Source: Takakia lepidozioides
Taxonomy: Eukaryota; Plantae; Bryophyta
Assembly (NCBI GenBank): GCA_030704615.1
Contig: CM060733.1
Span: forward strand, 4,402,001 to 4,466,000
Reading direction: 5' to 3'
DNA: 64,000 nt
This document shows positions 27,537-40,889 of the stretch, in pieces. The translations under genes and the position numbers were made by a program. Each line of letters opens with the position of its first letter. Position 1 is the first letter of the stretch. Under the pieces are notes generated by a model. That model saw nothing but the letters and a program-made list of their open reading frames with translations. It did no database searches and was not told the DNA's origin.

Positions 27537-30500
27537 TTACGGGGTTGTATCCCGCTGTAGAAGTGTGTTGACTTCGTTGAAACTCATAGTGGCTTGGTGA
27601 ATGAAGAAGTCGCGCTTTGGATCACAAACCATCCTTCTTAAGAAGACGAAGTAAAGGTGTTTGCACGGTATGAACTTCCCTCTCTTTCCCAAACTACTTG
27701 AAAGCATACCAACAAAATCAGGACATGTACAATTGGGAAAATTGGAAACAGTGATGTCGTACATCCTGTCCTGCAGCGCAGATGCGGATGAGATCATGGT
27801 GAAGACCCGACCATACCCTGGATCAGGCACTTCCATTGTTCCCGCAACACGAGCGTAAAGCATTCTGGCGGACTCAATTTTGCCGTAGTGTTCTGCGGTT
27901 GGAGGGAATCGTCGAACCAGCTTCCCATTCCGTCTGGTTGGCCACAAGTGAGCGTCAGGCGGAGGTACCCGTGAACCACTTCTACTTGAAGCACCTTCAC
28001 GCGCAATGGAATGTCTGGCTAGGGAGAAACCCGCCTCTTCCAGCATTGCGATCTCTCGGTGAGTGAGACCTGTGCCCATCTTCACAGGCCACACGTTTGG
28101 TGGAGTAGGCTTCATTACCATGGAAGGCCTCACTATCCCATGCACACATCTCCCACAATCGTCAACGCAGAACCAGAACTTGTGGTTCTTTGCCTCGCCT
28201 TGTCCGTAAGGGAGAAACAAACCCGTGAATGTAGGAGCTGCAGTGCGTTCTTCCCTCTGGATATTAATGATGTACATTTTTCATGATTGGTGGCCCTGAT
28301 CGCCGCGCATTTCACACGCGATCCAGCACTTGGGCGTTCTATATACCAAACCTTGTCCAAGCCCATGGACTCGATTATATGCGGCACCACGTTCTGGTCT
28401 TCAACCATTGCAGTGACAGTGCTTGATGCAGGGGTCCGCTCTGGGGCAGAGTAGCCCTCACTTGTGGATGTTCCGCAATTCCATCTCTGATCCAAGGGAA
28501 CACGTGGCGTCGAGAAGTTCACCCTGTCCGCCCTATGGGAATCTGCATCCGATCCCGGAGGGGTGTCCAATTTCCGTTTGCAAGACCCGAATCTCTCTTC
28601 GCCTTCTAGATGGGGAACTCTTCCCACGAGAGGGGTGCCATCTGCACATATGCTCACGGCTTGCGCTATTTTGCTGGGTTCCCCTGATCTTCCAGCTGCT
28701 CGCAACATCAACTCGCTCATGTCCGGGCCTTTGCCACCAAGGCCACCCCTCAAGAATGACCTGTATCTGGTTTGCTGCTGCACAGCACGAATAAGGTCAT
28801 CGGCCGTTGCCGCATACAAATCTCTTCCTTTTTTGTCGGATTGCTGCAACCAGGCATTGTGCACTGTCTCCGCAAGATTGCAAGAAGGCATGTCCGCCAT
28901 CTCCTCAATGGACATATACTGCAAGGCAAAAAAACACAAAACCGATATAAGGATTGGACCATGAAACATATATCCGAAGCACCCAAACGAAGGTGAATGC
29001 AAACCACTCACCGTTGTCATGGCCGCTCCCCACTGTCGGTAACGGAAGTGCCAAAATGCGAACCAGTCTTGCAGTGCCCTCATGCTGTCCTCAGATGCCG
29101 CTCCAGATGAGTACCACCAGGCACGAATTGTCTGGAACAATGTATTCGCTTCCCCCATAGTTTTGGCGTCTTTGTACTGTTTGCACAGTTGACGATGCAT
29201 AGTCTGCATATCTTGCTTGATGTATGTCTTTGTGTGTTTGTCCAGGGATTGTGTCCAATGGAAAAGACACGTACGTTCTCTTCCAGGCATTGGCACTTTT
29301 GGATCTCCTGTCCCGAACACAATGCGGACAGCGTTGAAGTTAGCTTGAGCACTATCGGCCATGAAACCAACGAAATTGGGAGATGGGAGGCCATTGGAGG
29401 CCATAACACAAATGAGAGCTTCCCACATGAGCTGTTGTGAATCTGTGTCCTCTGACTGCATGTCACACACTGTAATTGTCATGACCCGCTGGTACACAGG
29501 GTCGTAAACATGACATGCCATTGTGGTCCAGTCTTTAACCCTCTTGACATGATCGAACATAAGGAAGCAGTTGCCAAGATCGCCACCCTTCTGCATACGT
29601 TTAACCAGGCTGACCCCGCTGCCCTCACCTTTCGTGGACATTTTGAACAAGAACACTTTCCTGGCTCCTTGTCCCGGGAAAACGCTGTCTTGGATGTAGT
29701 CGTACATGCTCCTTTTCTTCAAATCCATAATATTATCCATATAACCTCGGCTCCCAGAGCCCATTCTTAAAGCGTTCACCTGATTCCTAATGTTTGGAGA
29801 AGTCAAAGTTGAGAAATGGTCCATAACAGTGTCCAAAGCTGGTCCCTCCAGTATTCCTCCAACCGAATTTGATGCACACAGAATACGGTTTTCCAGAAAG
29901 GACTTGCTCGCCCCCATGGCAATTGCAAATGTGGTTCCAGTTGGATTGGTATCCAACTCTTGCCTTATCAGACGCGAGACTGTGTCAACGCTCTCCCTAT
30001 AATCCCCCTTGGACACAGGGTGGTTGTGAAAACCGAAATGGACACAGGCTCTAGTCAGGGTTTTGAATCAATGCACCACATAATACATTCTGGCGCCACA
30101 CAAAGCAAGGCAGCAAGGTGGTACCCTACAGAACTTGCACACAAAAGTGTTACTGTATGGTGGTGTCACCCCAGGCTTGAATGGATTCTCACTGACACCA
30201 TCCCATTCGCTTTGGTTTTGCACACCTGACAATGCGAAGTGTCTGCATTTCATGTTCTCGCATTTCAGGTGCCCATCACAGACTATTCGCCTGAATATGA
30301 GTTTGTCGTTGTTGTGAATATTGGAGGTTTTTGTGCGGCACCAAGGGTGCCCATCGTGCTTTTTGTCCATTTCTTCCAGGAGACTGGAAATGCCCCCCAC
30401 GCGACCAGGAGGAGGCAGCTCGAAAACAGTATTACCATCAAAAGATTCCGGCAAGAATGCCACCCTCTGAATATTGAAAGTGCTCCAGTCTATCCCCCTC

Positions 30501-31249
30501 AACTCACTCTTGAATCCTGCCATCCCACCCATGGCTTTCAGTTTAGGAATGACACTCGTGATCTCCTCCACATCTGCTTCTACATGTGGACATGGCTGAT
30601 CCACGGGCGGTATTGCACATGTGTCATCGGAGGATGAGTCCGAAAGCTCAACCACAGTGTTAACGCTACTCGTCTCCTTCTTGACAACCACGGGTGTTTT
30701 CTCCTGGGCCACTGATGTTGCCGTGCCAGGAGTTACGAACGATCCTGCAGACTATCTCAGAGGAGCACTAAGCACCCTGTATCTGCCTGGAGGCACTCTC
30801 CATTGTGTGGTTGGTGCAGTATGCGAAGGTTTCTGGAACGCGTACTTGACCAGTTTTCCATTGGCATCGTACACTTCCCTCTGAACGAATAGACTTCCAT
30901 TTTCCAACCGAAACTGCGTTGCCACATACTTCACATTCCTCTGGAACATCCCAGAAGATATTACCCAATAATGAATTTTTTCAGATGAGAGGTGATTAGA
31001 CCCCAACGAATTTTGGATGGATGAGGATCCAATGATCTCCGCCGATATTCAGAACGATTATATGGACACGTGTTCGCCATGCATGTGGAACGAGTCAGTG
31101 GCGCACTGAACGTTGCAAGCGAACATCTTGGCGTTGAAGGCCTTGCGATGAACCTCCGATAGTCCTCTTTTTTCCCTCTTCTCCTTATTGTCTTTGCAAC
31201 CCTGGATTCTGCAGAGACGGTGACCCCATTCCGAAGGAGAAGCAAGCAT
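27537..31249 (-). pseudogene. MULE transposase: GCM-like DNA-binding domain, DDE core and SWIM finger; nonsense mutations, one frameshift, likely 93-nt intron 29011-28919
   Basis: The same frame runs 31249-28133 with stops. Motifs: CDGHLKC, RACVHFGFHNHP, MFDHVK, FMADSAQA, CLFH (Mutator C/DxxH), NLAETVH, CTCPDF..CKHLYFV. Confidence 0.88.
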
Positions 31250-31727
31250 CGAAGAACACTTTATTTCACATCAAACAAGCAAACGCGCTAAGGAGAGGAT
31301 GAGAAAGGCGAGACGGGAACTTAGAATGGAAGAAGAAACCTCCGGCGTAGAGGAAGACGAAGGGCAAAACAAGATTCTGCAACCACAGTGTGGAGAGGAA
31401 GGTCTTGAAGTGATCCCGGAGGCGACCGATGAGCAACCTCCAATAGAAGGGGGGGAGGACGAGGAAGTGAGCTGGGCTCGGGAGAAAGCACTACGAGTGG
31501 AGAACCAGGTCTTCAAAGAGCAGGGAGAACAAACGGACGTGGAAACGCTGCCGTCCGCCCTTGTTTCGCACCACTGGGGACCCTCCTTGGAAGCATGCTA
31601 CCCGTCCAGACCCCATGGAAATTGATGCGTCAGGCATCATCAAGTGCAAAGAAGATCTGGAGGTGGCTATGAACTCTCTTTTTCTCTCTCGTTTCTGTCT
31701 GGTTCATGCTAAGCATTGAGTCGACAT

Positions 31728-32244
31728 CAACCTTGCGTCAACGCAAGGTTGAAGTTGACCTCCTAAGTGTATATGTTGGGCATCAAAACAATGCAAATGA
31801 TGCACTACAATCAAGCTAGACAGACATGGATGCTTGCGACGCATCATCAAATTGCAAAGAAGAAGCAGAGACAGCAATCTCCTTTTCCTGTAGATATTTT
31901 GTTTGTTGAACCCCGATCAGAGAGCTCGCAATCAACCTTGCGTCAACGCAAGGTTGATGCCGACCTCTATAGTGTATGTTTAGAACTTCTGGTGAAACGA
32001 ACATGCCGCACAGGAATCAACCTTGCGTTGACGCAAGGCTGGTTTTGATGCCTTTTTTGTTCAATCGAAGCGTCCGAACTCTCATACATACCCTGGACTG
32101 TAAGGTAGGGAAAGTTGATTATTTGAAGCTCCCAAAAGAACCCTGCGTCAACGCAAAGCATTTTTTGGGTTCAAAAGTCTTTCCTTTATGCTTTTCAGTC
32201 TAAACTACATCCCCATCAATCAACTTTGCGTCAAAGCAAGGTTG
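31728..32244. repeat. Five dispersed 24-bp palindromes CAACCTTGCGTYRACGCAAGGTTG between the divergent MULE genes
   Basis: Copies at 31728, 31933, 32018, 32138 and 32221. Confidence 0.9.
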
Positions 32245-32292
32245 ATCCATCGGAGCTCAATCTGTCACTCACAGAGTATTCATTGTGTGCAG

Positions 32293-35200
32293 AGGAAAAG
32301 AAAAGGAAATCCGAGGGGGAAGATTTGGCCGCGTCAGAAGGTGAAGGTGAGGAGACTCATTGGAGGGACACTATGAAAGACAAGGCCGAGGAGATAATGG
32401 TGGGCAAAAAGTGAACTCGTCGAAGGTGATTCTGTCGATGGAGGTTCCCGCGGAAACCTGGTCATTCCGCTGTGCAGGATGATCTCCATGCCCGCTGTTC
32501 GACCGGCATTGAGGAATGATATAACGAAGTTGAAGAACGACTTTGTTCACGGCTATGTCAAGGGATCAGCAGTGTTCTACGTATCCACTATGAACACGAA
32601 AGGAGAGGAGTGTCTTGTAACAGAGGACATTGAGCAAAGTTGGGATGCATGCTGGCGGGATGTAAACAGGGAGTTCGAGTTTAAGCTGTCCAAAAAGGCC
32701 TCCACAAAAGCATTCATGGGAAAGATGTTTTTTGTCTGGATGGGAACCACAGACTGCTTGCCTGGATGGATTACATTTCAAGCTTGCACTCGGATGAGCA
32801 CGCGTGGTTTCCATGGTTCTCGATCACAAAGGACGTGTCACGCAGCTCTTGACAGCCATGCACGACATAAAAAATAAGTTTCCAACTTGTGTCTGTTCCT
32901 TCCGCGTTTCGACAATTTGAAATCATCTTATGAGTTGAAGGTTTTCCAGGTCCAATGAAACATCTCATGTGACGACCAATCTGTGCCACACTCTATTCCG
33001 CATCCAGAAGGTAGGGCTGATGCCACTGGAGTCATTCACGAACGTGCTCAGTCCTCAGCAGATGAAGAGGTGTGCTGAGAAGAAGACAAGCACATGGTAC
33101 AGCTTGACAAGGGAGGCTTTTCTTGACTACATGTACACTGTAAGCTTCTTGACACGTGTTTGCCTTTGTTACTAGCAATTTTGTGAAGAAACGCCAGTGT
33201 TTGATTCTTTTTACCTGTAATGTATGCAGCAGAAATAGCAGAAACTGGTTTGAAGGCGAAAGCAGAGTACTATGATTCCCACACAAAAGAGCAGCGGTCT
33301 GCAACTGGGCTTGAGGACATGAAGTTCGAGATGAATAATCAAAGGAAGAACCTCATGAGTGCATTCGACAAACAAATCCGGATAGCAGATCCAGGTCTTG
33401 GCACGGATTTTCTGGAGCAGGTGAAAGCACACTATGACAAGTATGGCTCCAAGCCAGAAATGACTCAAGAGAAACTACATCGCCTTTCCATTTCAATGGT
33501 GGACAATGCAACCAAAATCAGGTGGTTGGAGATATGGAATTCGGATCCTCTTGTGAGAGACACGAACATGTTTCCAATTCCAGAGAGGGACCCGAAGACA
33601 CAAGCAATAAAAGTTGTTTAGCGACCACACATTCGACTAGTGGCTACACAAAGCCACATTCTGGAGCCAGGTAAGGTTACCACCAAACCATTTTCAGACA
33701 TTTGTGTCTCCGTAACCTCTCCCAAATTCTCATGAGCTTTCTTGTTGCAGTTGGAAAAACGTGCAGTGGCTGCACTTGCTGAGTCGATGGCAGACTATAA
33801 AATCCAGATGGCTTGCCCCCGGATCACACTGGAGGCCTACATCAGGAGATGGAAGCTCGCTGTCTGGAAAAACTGCTTCTTCAGGGAGTTTGAGAAAGAC
33901 AAAGGAATCTCCAGGTCGTATGAATTCAAAAACCAGTACAACAGCGAGCAAGCAATGAAACGAGTGTTGTACAGGTGTGAGCTCCTTGAATCAAATTTGG
34001 TACTTGAAGGGTATGTTTCTGCATTCTTGTGTCGTTTTTTTCCATAAAGAATTGCGAATTTGCAGGGCTTTGAGGGATCTCTGAGGGCTCTGCATATGCA
34101 GTCGAGCAACATTGCGTTAACGCAAGGTTGTATCCCATTGTCCCGGTTTCAGTTACCTATACCAGGGTATCCCATAATGCCATTTTTCTGCATGTGAAAG
34201 GGGATAAACTGACAGGAAAATCAGCCTTGCGTCAACGCAAGGTTGATGAAGTGGCAGGCTATGTAGCTTTTCCTGTGGTTTTGGGTAGTTCAAATCCAGT
34301 TCCAATGCTGCCAAGATGAACATAAGACTGTTTGGAGTCTGTTTGAAATGCTATTTACAGCTTTCACTGTACCAACAAGCAGACTTGCGTTGACGCAACG
34401 TTGTTTGGCGGTATGGATTGTTGGAAATGTCCCGGAGCAATCTCCCGATTTCCATACAATTGTAGGAAACATATGATTATCAGATACCATTGACATGTGT
34501 TTTTCAACAGAGGATTTCAACATTGCGCCAACGCAATGTTGAATATCCGCACCAGTACATAGTCACATGGTAGTTTTTTCAAGCAGTGTTTTCCATTTCC
34601 TCTGTGAATGAAAACAACCTTGCTTTGAAGCAATGTTGAATTGCGCTCTGTCAGTCGTTGTCTCTATCAATACAACATTATCATTTGGTGTTTCCCATTT
34701 TGCTCGAATCAACATTGCGTCAACGCAAGGTTGATTCGGGATTGCAAAAGTTCGTTTCTGAGTGTTGCCTTCCTGCATTTCAATATCTTTTTCCGGATGT
34801 GTGTTCTTTTTCATTTTCAGATCGAATGACTGTCTGGGTTTTTGGGTGTGATTCAGGTATATGTATCATATCCTCATACCGGGAAAGTACCTTAGCGATG
34901 ACCCAGACTTCATCTATTCGTGGGCTGACCCCTCCAATGACAAGACAATGTACACGGCTGGTATTGCCAGAGACTGGAGCAGGGCGCACTTCAGAGACTG
35001 TGGGTGGTACCTCGACCTGCCAAAACAGGACACACCATTCGATGAAGTTTTTGAGAAACCTGAACGACAATGCCGCAGCAATTGCCCCATTGGCTGACAA
35101 AGATATCCAGGACAGAATCATTTCTGCTCTGGCTGCAAAAGAGCCCGAGAAAACTGCTACTCCAAAACGAAAGGGGAAGATTGTCGGGGATCCGAAGGGG

Positions 35201-36590
35201 AAGGGGAAAAGTGCAGCTCCGCAAGGACAGGGACCGTCAGAGGTTCCTGAAAGACAGCCTTCTCCCACAAGGAGGGATAGGAGAACATCAAAGCCGAGGG
35301 AGCAAGTTTTCGAGGCGAGAGAACATCCCTCCAGGGTTTTGGGCCAGTTCAACAGTAAGGTGCTGAATGAAAGTTTTCTTGCAATGATGGAGTCCAGGAA
35401 GTCCACATTCAAAGGGGTGCCCTCGAAATCATGGGACATGCTTGTTTCGTTCCTCACTCAGGTAAGCACTTATGTCTAAACTGTTGTATGAATAATTGTG
35501 TTTTGGCAACTTGTTGTGGCTTGTCCATGGGATTGATCTCCTGTGAGATTTGGATTGGGCTTCTTACACTGTCTCATGTTTTTTGCTGTAGGTCACAAAA
35601 AGTCCGGAATGGGTGAATGGAGTTCAGCAGGCATACGCGAGTGACCTTGTGGTGCTGGACATTCCTGACGGTTTTCCTGTCCCTGATGTGTTCCCTTCCA
35701 ATTCGACCCCGACTTGGAACAAATCGGATTCTCGTTACTGGCAGTGGGCTTTCTCGTTCAGCAACAAATTCCTTTCGGACTCGGGGGCTCTTCTTCTCAT
35801 GCAGTCAAAGGACATGTCGGCTCGAAGAGCTCTCTTCAGCTACATGAAAGCTTCTGGGTTTCGTGTCATCAAAACTTGGACATGCATCAATACTCCGCCT
35901 CTTATGAAGGGCGAGTTCCCGGGGCAGAAAGTGAGTTGGTTCCTTTCAGTTGATGTTTCGTGTTTTTTCGGTAAATCAAAATGGTGGGTTATGTCTTCTG
36001 TCTCATGCTCTTTTCATGATTATTGACAGACACGGGTGTTCGAAGCTTTGTGCCTAGTGAGGCGGAAGGACACTCTTCCTCCTGGTGTTGCTGAGTTTCA
36101 GTTGAGGGACCTTGCAGCTCATTGACCCCACCTGCGAGCCTGTGGAGGATGATGTTATCTTCAATTACGTCGACTCGGGTCGGACTATGAAAAGGTCGAT
36201 TGGTGTCCCTTGGAGAGGTGCACGGGAGAAATCTCCAGCTTTCATGCAAACTTTGGTGGAGACATGCAGCCGTCATGGTGGACGAGTGGTTGACTTGTCT
36301 ATGGGCACAGGTGAGGCCCTTCACATTGTGTTTGACATATGGGCAGTGACCTTAGGGAAACCCTGTTTTTATTTCTCGTTCTTCTTGGATTTGTAGGAGC
36401 ATGTTTTCATGCTTGCAAGAGCGCCGGAAGGCACTTCTTCGGCATGGAAGCTGATACGGAGCTCTTCTCAAGCGAGCTTCGTCAGCTTGAGTCGGGCACT
36501 ACTTCTGCCCCATCCACAGAGAGACTTCTGGAGGAGCCCGAAGCGCTTGACGAGGATCTGGACGTGGACTCCGATTTTGAGTGTGAGTAA
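32293..36590 (+). pseudogene. MULE accessory gene: N-terminal ParB/Srx-like domain plus C-terminal beta-class amino (N4C/N6A) DNA methyltransferase; multi-exon, frameshifted; start approximate
   Basis: IPLCRM..VRP and FFVW-DGNHRLLAW (1-bp frameshift at about 32739). DLVVLDIPDG (motif IV position) precedes EKSPAFMQTLVETCSRHGGRVVDLSMGT/GACFHACKSAGRHFFGMEAD (motifs X-I-II). GT-AG introns at about 35462-35591, 35931-36029 and 36311-36396. Confidence 0.8.
34107..34733. repeat. Six copies of the same 24-bp palindrome in the long intron of the ParB-MTase gene
   Basis: Copies at 34107, 34222, 34380, 34518, 34615 and 34710. Confidence 0.9.
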
Positions 36591-37450
36591 GTTCTTCTGT
36601 AGTCGTGCAAAATATGTTGCATTTCCTTGTGTCGTTCCCGTTCGACAAATAGTGGCTTACATTGTCTATATCTGGATGTTAACATCTATCACTATTCCTC
36701 TTCTTGCTTTTCAGAGTTCGGCACCAGTCATCGAATCAGTAGATACCTTTCGGTTTCCAAGGATACTACATGTCCCCAAGTCCCCCTAGATCCAACTGCT
36801 TGCCGGTTTACGCGGAAGCTTGCGCACGGGTGTTATCCGAACAAACACTGTATTCGCATCTCCATGAAGGTCGTGGAAAAAAAAACCGTCCTGGATGTAC
36901 TGCTGTATTCATAGATGATATTGCTGTAAACTCTGGAAGTGGTTCCTCTGAACCTCCAATATTTCTTTAGGTTCAAGTACCGAGGCTCAATAAATTGTGT
37001 TTTGGTTTTGCTTCCATCCCCAAACTATTTTTCAAGTTCTTTGCGCGTTCCCGTAAGTACAGTTAGGGATTGCTTAGGGTAGGTCTTCGGATTGCGGAAT
37101 TGAAAAATGTTTGTGTGTTGGAATGAATGTACTGCTTTGCCAAAAAAAATGATTGCTTTTGATATTCAGTTCTTTAGTGGGCGATCTCCTCATTCTAAAG
37201 TCATGACCTCAATCATAATTCATCCGCAAACCTGCCATTGTTCTCGGCCACAAAGAATATTCATGTGGGGGCAATGAAGAGGGATAAAAAATTAGGACGT
37301 AGGCGACAGCTGATCCGCGGTAATAGGGGGGGGGGGGGAAGCACGGAAATAGGGCCTGAACACGTGGATGCTTGCTGACGTGGCATGAGCCTAGCCAGGC
37401 TCACATGCTCATGCGGCCAGGCTCACGCGCAAGCATTCCCCCCCACAATG

Positions 37451-40208
37451 GAGTCAGAGCAACCATGGTAGGCAACTCCGCCATACCATACATGTTATCC
37501 TGCTCTCCCGGAGGTGGCACATCCTCTGAATGAGCGTTGCCCTCAAGCAACTTTCCAGGCCAACTCACTGCCGCTATGAATGCTGCTAGTGTCGGCATCT
37601 TGCCTCACTGGGCAACCGCAACTTCTCCTATGAACGTCACAGGGAGCTGCACATGCCGGCCCTCCCCTGACTGCCATGCAGGCCTATAGGAAGCTGACTC
37701 CTCCCAAAAATCCAGGGTGAAGCCCATGGGGTACAACACTGCCCCACCAACCAGGACATCATATGAGACCGCGTCTGTCACAATGGCCTTGGCTCGCATC
37801 ACTGAACCATCTGTAGGGTGATCTGGCCGTAGTCTGATAGCCAACTCACGCCGTGTCATGCCCCGAGCTTGCTCCGATCCTCCCAGAGACATCTGTATCT
37901 GGAAAGGACAAGGCTCCATATCCGCCTCCGTGAGGCCCAAGCCTGCAATAGCAGATCTGCCCAGCATCAATGGCTGAGCTCCCGAGACCAACAAGACCCG
38001 CAATGGCCGGTACCTCTTGCCTGCCGGTCCACTCAAACATAAAATGTCATTCTGGTTGTCTAACATGACAACTCCAGGTGTCACCATGGCGCGCTCAATG
38101 GCTGGCCTAGCTGGCAGCTCCATCAACCTGGCAGCTGCAGCTTGCCATGGCGCCGCCGTGGTAGTCTTGACCCTCAAATCTGAGGATCCCTCCGGCACTA
38201 CACCTCCCACTATCTCCGCAGAAGATGAAATAACCTCCCCACTCTCACAGAGTGTAGCTGCCAGCCTAAACACCTCAGCTGGTCTTACCCCTGGCGTCGC
38301 AATCATGGTAGCCGAGAACAATGGAGCCTGGCACACAGATGTGGCCGCTCCCAGCAGTACACTAGCTGCCGTAGCCTTAGCAACACTAGGTGACGGTGCT
38401 ACCCGTGTAGCTCTCCCCAATGACATAGTAACCTCCGCCTCGGTAACAGTCGGGCGAGAACTAGGTGTCATGGATGGCGTCAACATTGTCTCCACCAATG
38501 TGAATGACTGAGGAAGCCTAGCCTGACGGCTTGCCTCCCCACGCTGTGGATCCAACTCCACCTCTATACCTCGTGGCTCGGGAACTCATGTTGCTCCTCG
38601 AGTCACGGCTGCAGCAGACTCCACCTGCACTAGTGGTAGTGCTGCTCCGCACATGAATCCCATACCTCCCATATCTTCTCCCTCAGGAGCAGGAGGTGGA
38701 CCATTCGGCCTTGGAGCCGGTACCACCTGAGCTGTAGCCATGGCAGCAAGCCTCTGCTCTAGCTGCTGAAGCCGGTTGGCCATGCCTTGGTCAACATCCT
38801 GACCTCCGCGTCCTTGGCCATGTTGAGCTTGCCATTGGCCTGCACCTCGTGCCTGGCCACCTCGTCCTCTCTGGGCTGCTCCACCTCGCCCCCGGCCACC
38901 ATTGTTCCCTTGGAACTGGCATGGGCGTAACTCAGGGTGCAAACCATAACACTGGGCCTCTCCATGCTCGTGCTTGCCACAATGCCCATACTGCAACTGT
39001 GCAGGTTGTGCATGTGCCGACCCTTTGCCTCCCACTGGGCAATCCTTCTTGACATGGGGTCCTCCACATGTCCAGCACACCACATCCGCCCGTTGTTGGC
39101 CAGCAAATGAAGCGAGAGACCCCTGCATCTGAGGTCCTCTCTGCCCTTCCCTGAGCTTCACCTAAGCCCCCTTGTTGCCTTGAGCACGTTGAGGTAGTGG
39201 TTGGCTAGGAGCACCACTACCCCGTGGTGTCTCCTTAGCAAATCCCACCATGACCACTCGTTCCTCCACCATGTTGAGCTCTATCCGCTCTGCCAGCAAA
39301 AACACATTTGCTAAGGTGGGTTGGGCCGCTTGTAGGAGAGTTGCATCCCACACCCTTCTCCTCAGCTCCTTGTCCAATATCCCATACCAAAATTGGACTG
39401 CCTGAGCTTCCGTAACCCCTTGGGTTATATTTATCAAGCGCCTCATGCGAGTGAAAGCCTCCCTCAAGCTCTCAGTAGGTTTCCGTTGGAACTCTTGCAA
39501 GCTCCGCAACTTCTTTGTCCTCACCCCTTGGTAGTTCCCTCTCAACTCTTTGAAGAACTCCACAACATGGTTGAAGGCAGGCACGGGTACTGGTGTTGGT
39601 GCGGTAGTGGCTTGGGTGGACGTCGTAGCTACGGTACCACCAGTCCTACTAGTCCCACTGCTGTTTGCTAAAGCTGCCGGTGCAGTGGCAGGTGTAGCCA
39701 CTGCCCTCGTGACTCTAGTGCCCCTAGTGATGGAGACATAGTTGGATGACCAGTACATCCTCCACTCCTCGATCTCAACCTCATGCCCCCGCCTGATTTC
39801 ATGGTAATCATCCATAGGCGGCCCCTTAAGGTGCTGAAACAGCCCCTTCCATGCCATGAAAGGCGTAAATAGTTGTGGATTGCGCATTTGCTGCAAATCA
39901 CACCAAATATCAAACTCTTGGATAAAACCATCCAACTCGATGGTGCCCACCGCCCCAGAGTACCTTAGTGGCCCCTTGGTAGCTCCATACATCTCCTCCA
40001 TTGTGTCCCACAACAATGGCAAGGAAACAACTTGCACCACCAGTATGAGTCCTCCTGATTCACAATCCGAATCAGAACCTTCCGTAGAAGACACAGGAGG
40101 TGAAGGTGGCCTAAACCGCACACCTCGTCTCCTGTACCCACTAGTATCGCTAGTGCTCGAACCGGCACTGTCTCGAGCAACTAGTGGCACCTCCGTGTTG
40201 ACACTCAA
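37451..40208 (-). pseudogene. Gag (two zinc knuckles) and aspartic protease of DNMT-Gypsy-2
   Basis: LRYSG..DGFIQEFD, FQRKPTESLREAFTRM, CWTCGGPHVKKDC, HCGKHEHGEAQC, VLLVSGAQ (degenerate DSGA), YDVLVG. In-frame stops. Confidence 0.85.
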
Positions 40209-40889
40209 CCGGTCATGAACATGTCCCTAACCCCCTCTCCACAAGGTAACCGGGTAGAGAACCTGTTGCGGCTTATGGTTTGAAATACTAAGTTCCTAAC
40301 ATAGCCTACACCTGTACCTGCATCCACCGCAAGCACTCCTATGGTTGGCTGGTCATTACCTCCAACCTCACCACATGAGAAACAATGATGGTCTGGCTGG
40401 TCATCACCCCAGCCTCACCATCGACAGCATGCTCTAGGGCTGGCCGATGATCAAATCCGGACCAATCACCTATAAAAACAAGTGCCCACACAAAACTAGC
40501 ATGGCGCACAGTCAAGCATGCAGGTATGGAGGGGATCCAAACACAAGAAATCATAACGACAACTCCCCCACACCAAAAACAACTCAACGGTGTTGCTCCT
40601 GCAAAGACACCCCAGCCCAAATCCGGACTGACTCTTGCCTCCACCTATGGAAAGGTCTTGGCCTAATGAGAGGATGGAAACTACGAGGAAGAAAAGCTAA
40701 AGCAATGCCTAACCCCAGCATGCCCTCATCCCAACACTCTTCCTCTCCTCTCTTCCCTCACTTGCATTTCGGCCTTCAAGACCATATGCCAGTCCTTAGG
40801 CAGTCCACCAGTGCCTCCACGAGTCAGCACAGGCCGTCCACAGGTCAAAATGGGCCACCACAAACCAGCACAGGCCCACACAGCTCATT

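Larger units (their letters stand above)
26885..37440. mobile_element. Mutator-like element (MULE), about 10.55 kb, two divergent genes
   Basis: 9-10-bp TSD CCCCACAAT(G) at 26876 and 37441. Removing the element restores the Gypsy reading LTPLWGTSK. Imperfect TIRs rich in GTGAGC that share catgccacgtca. Confidence 0.9.

Noticed and set aside
31299-31625. Acidic 108-aa ORF as a third MULE gene
   Set aside because: It is low complexity with no recognisable motif and cannot be supported from one copy.
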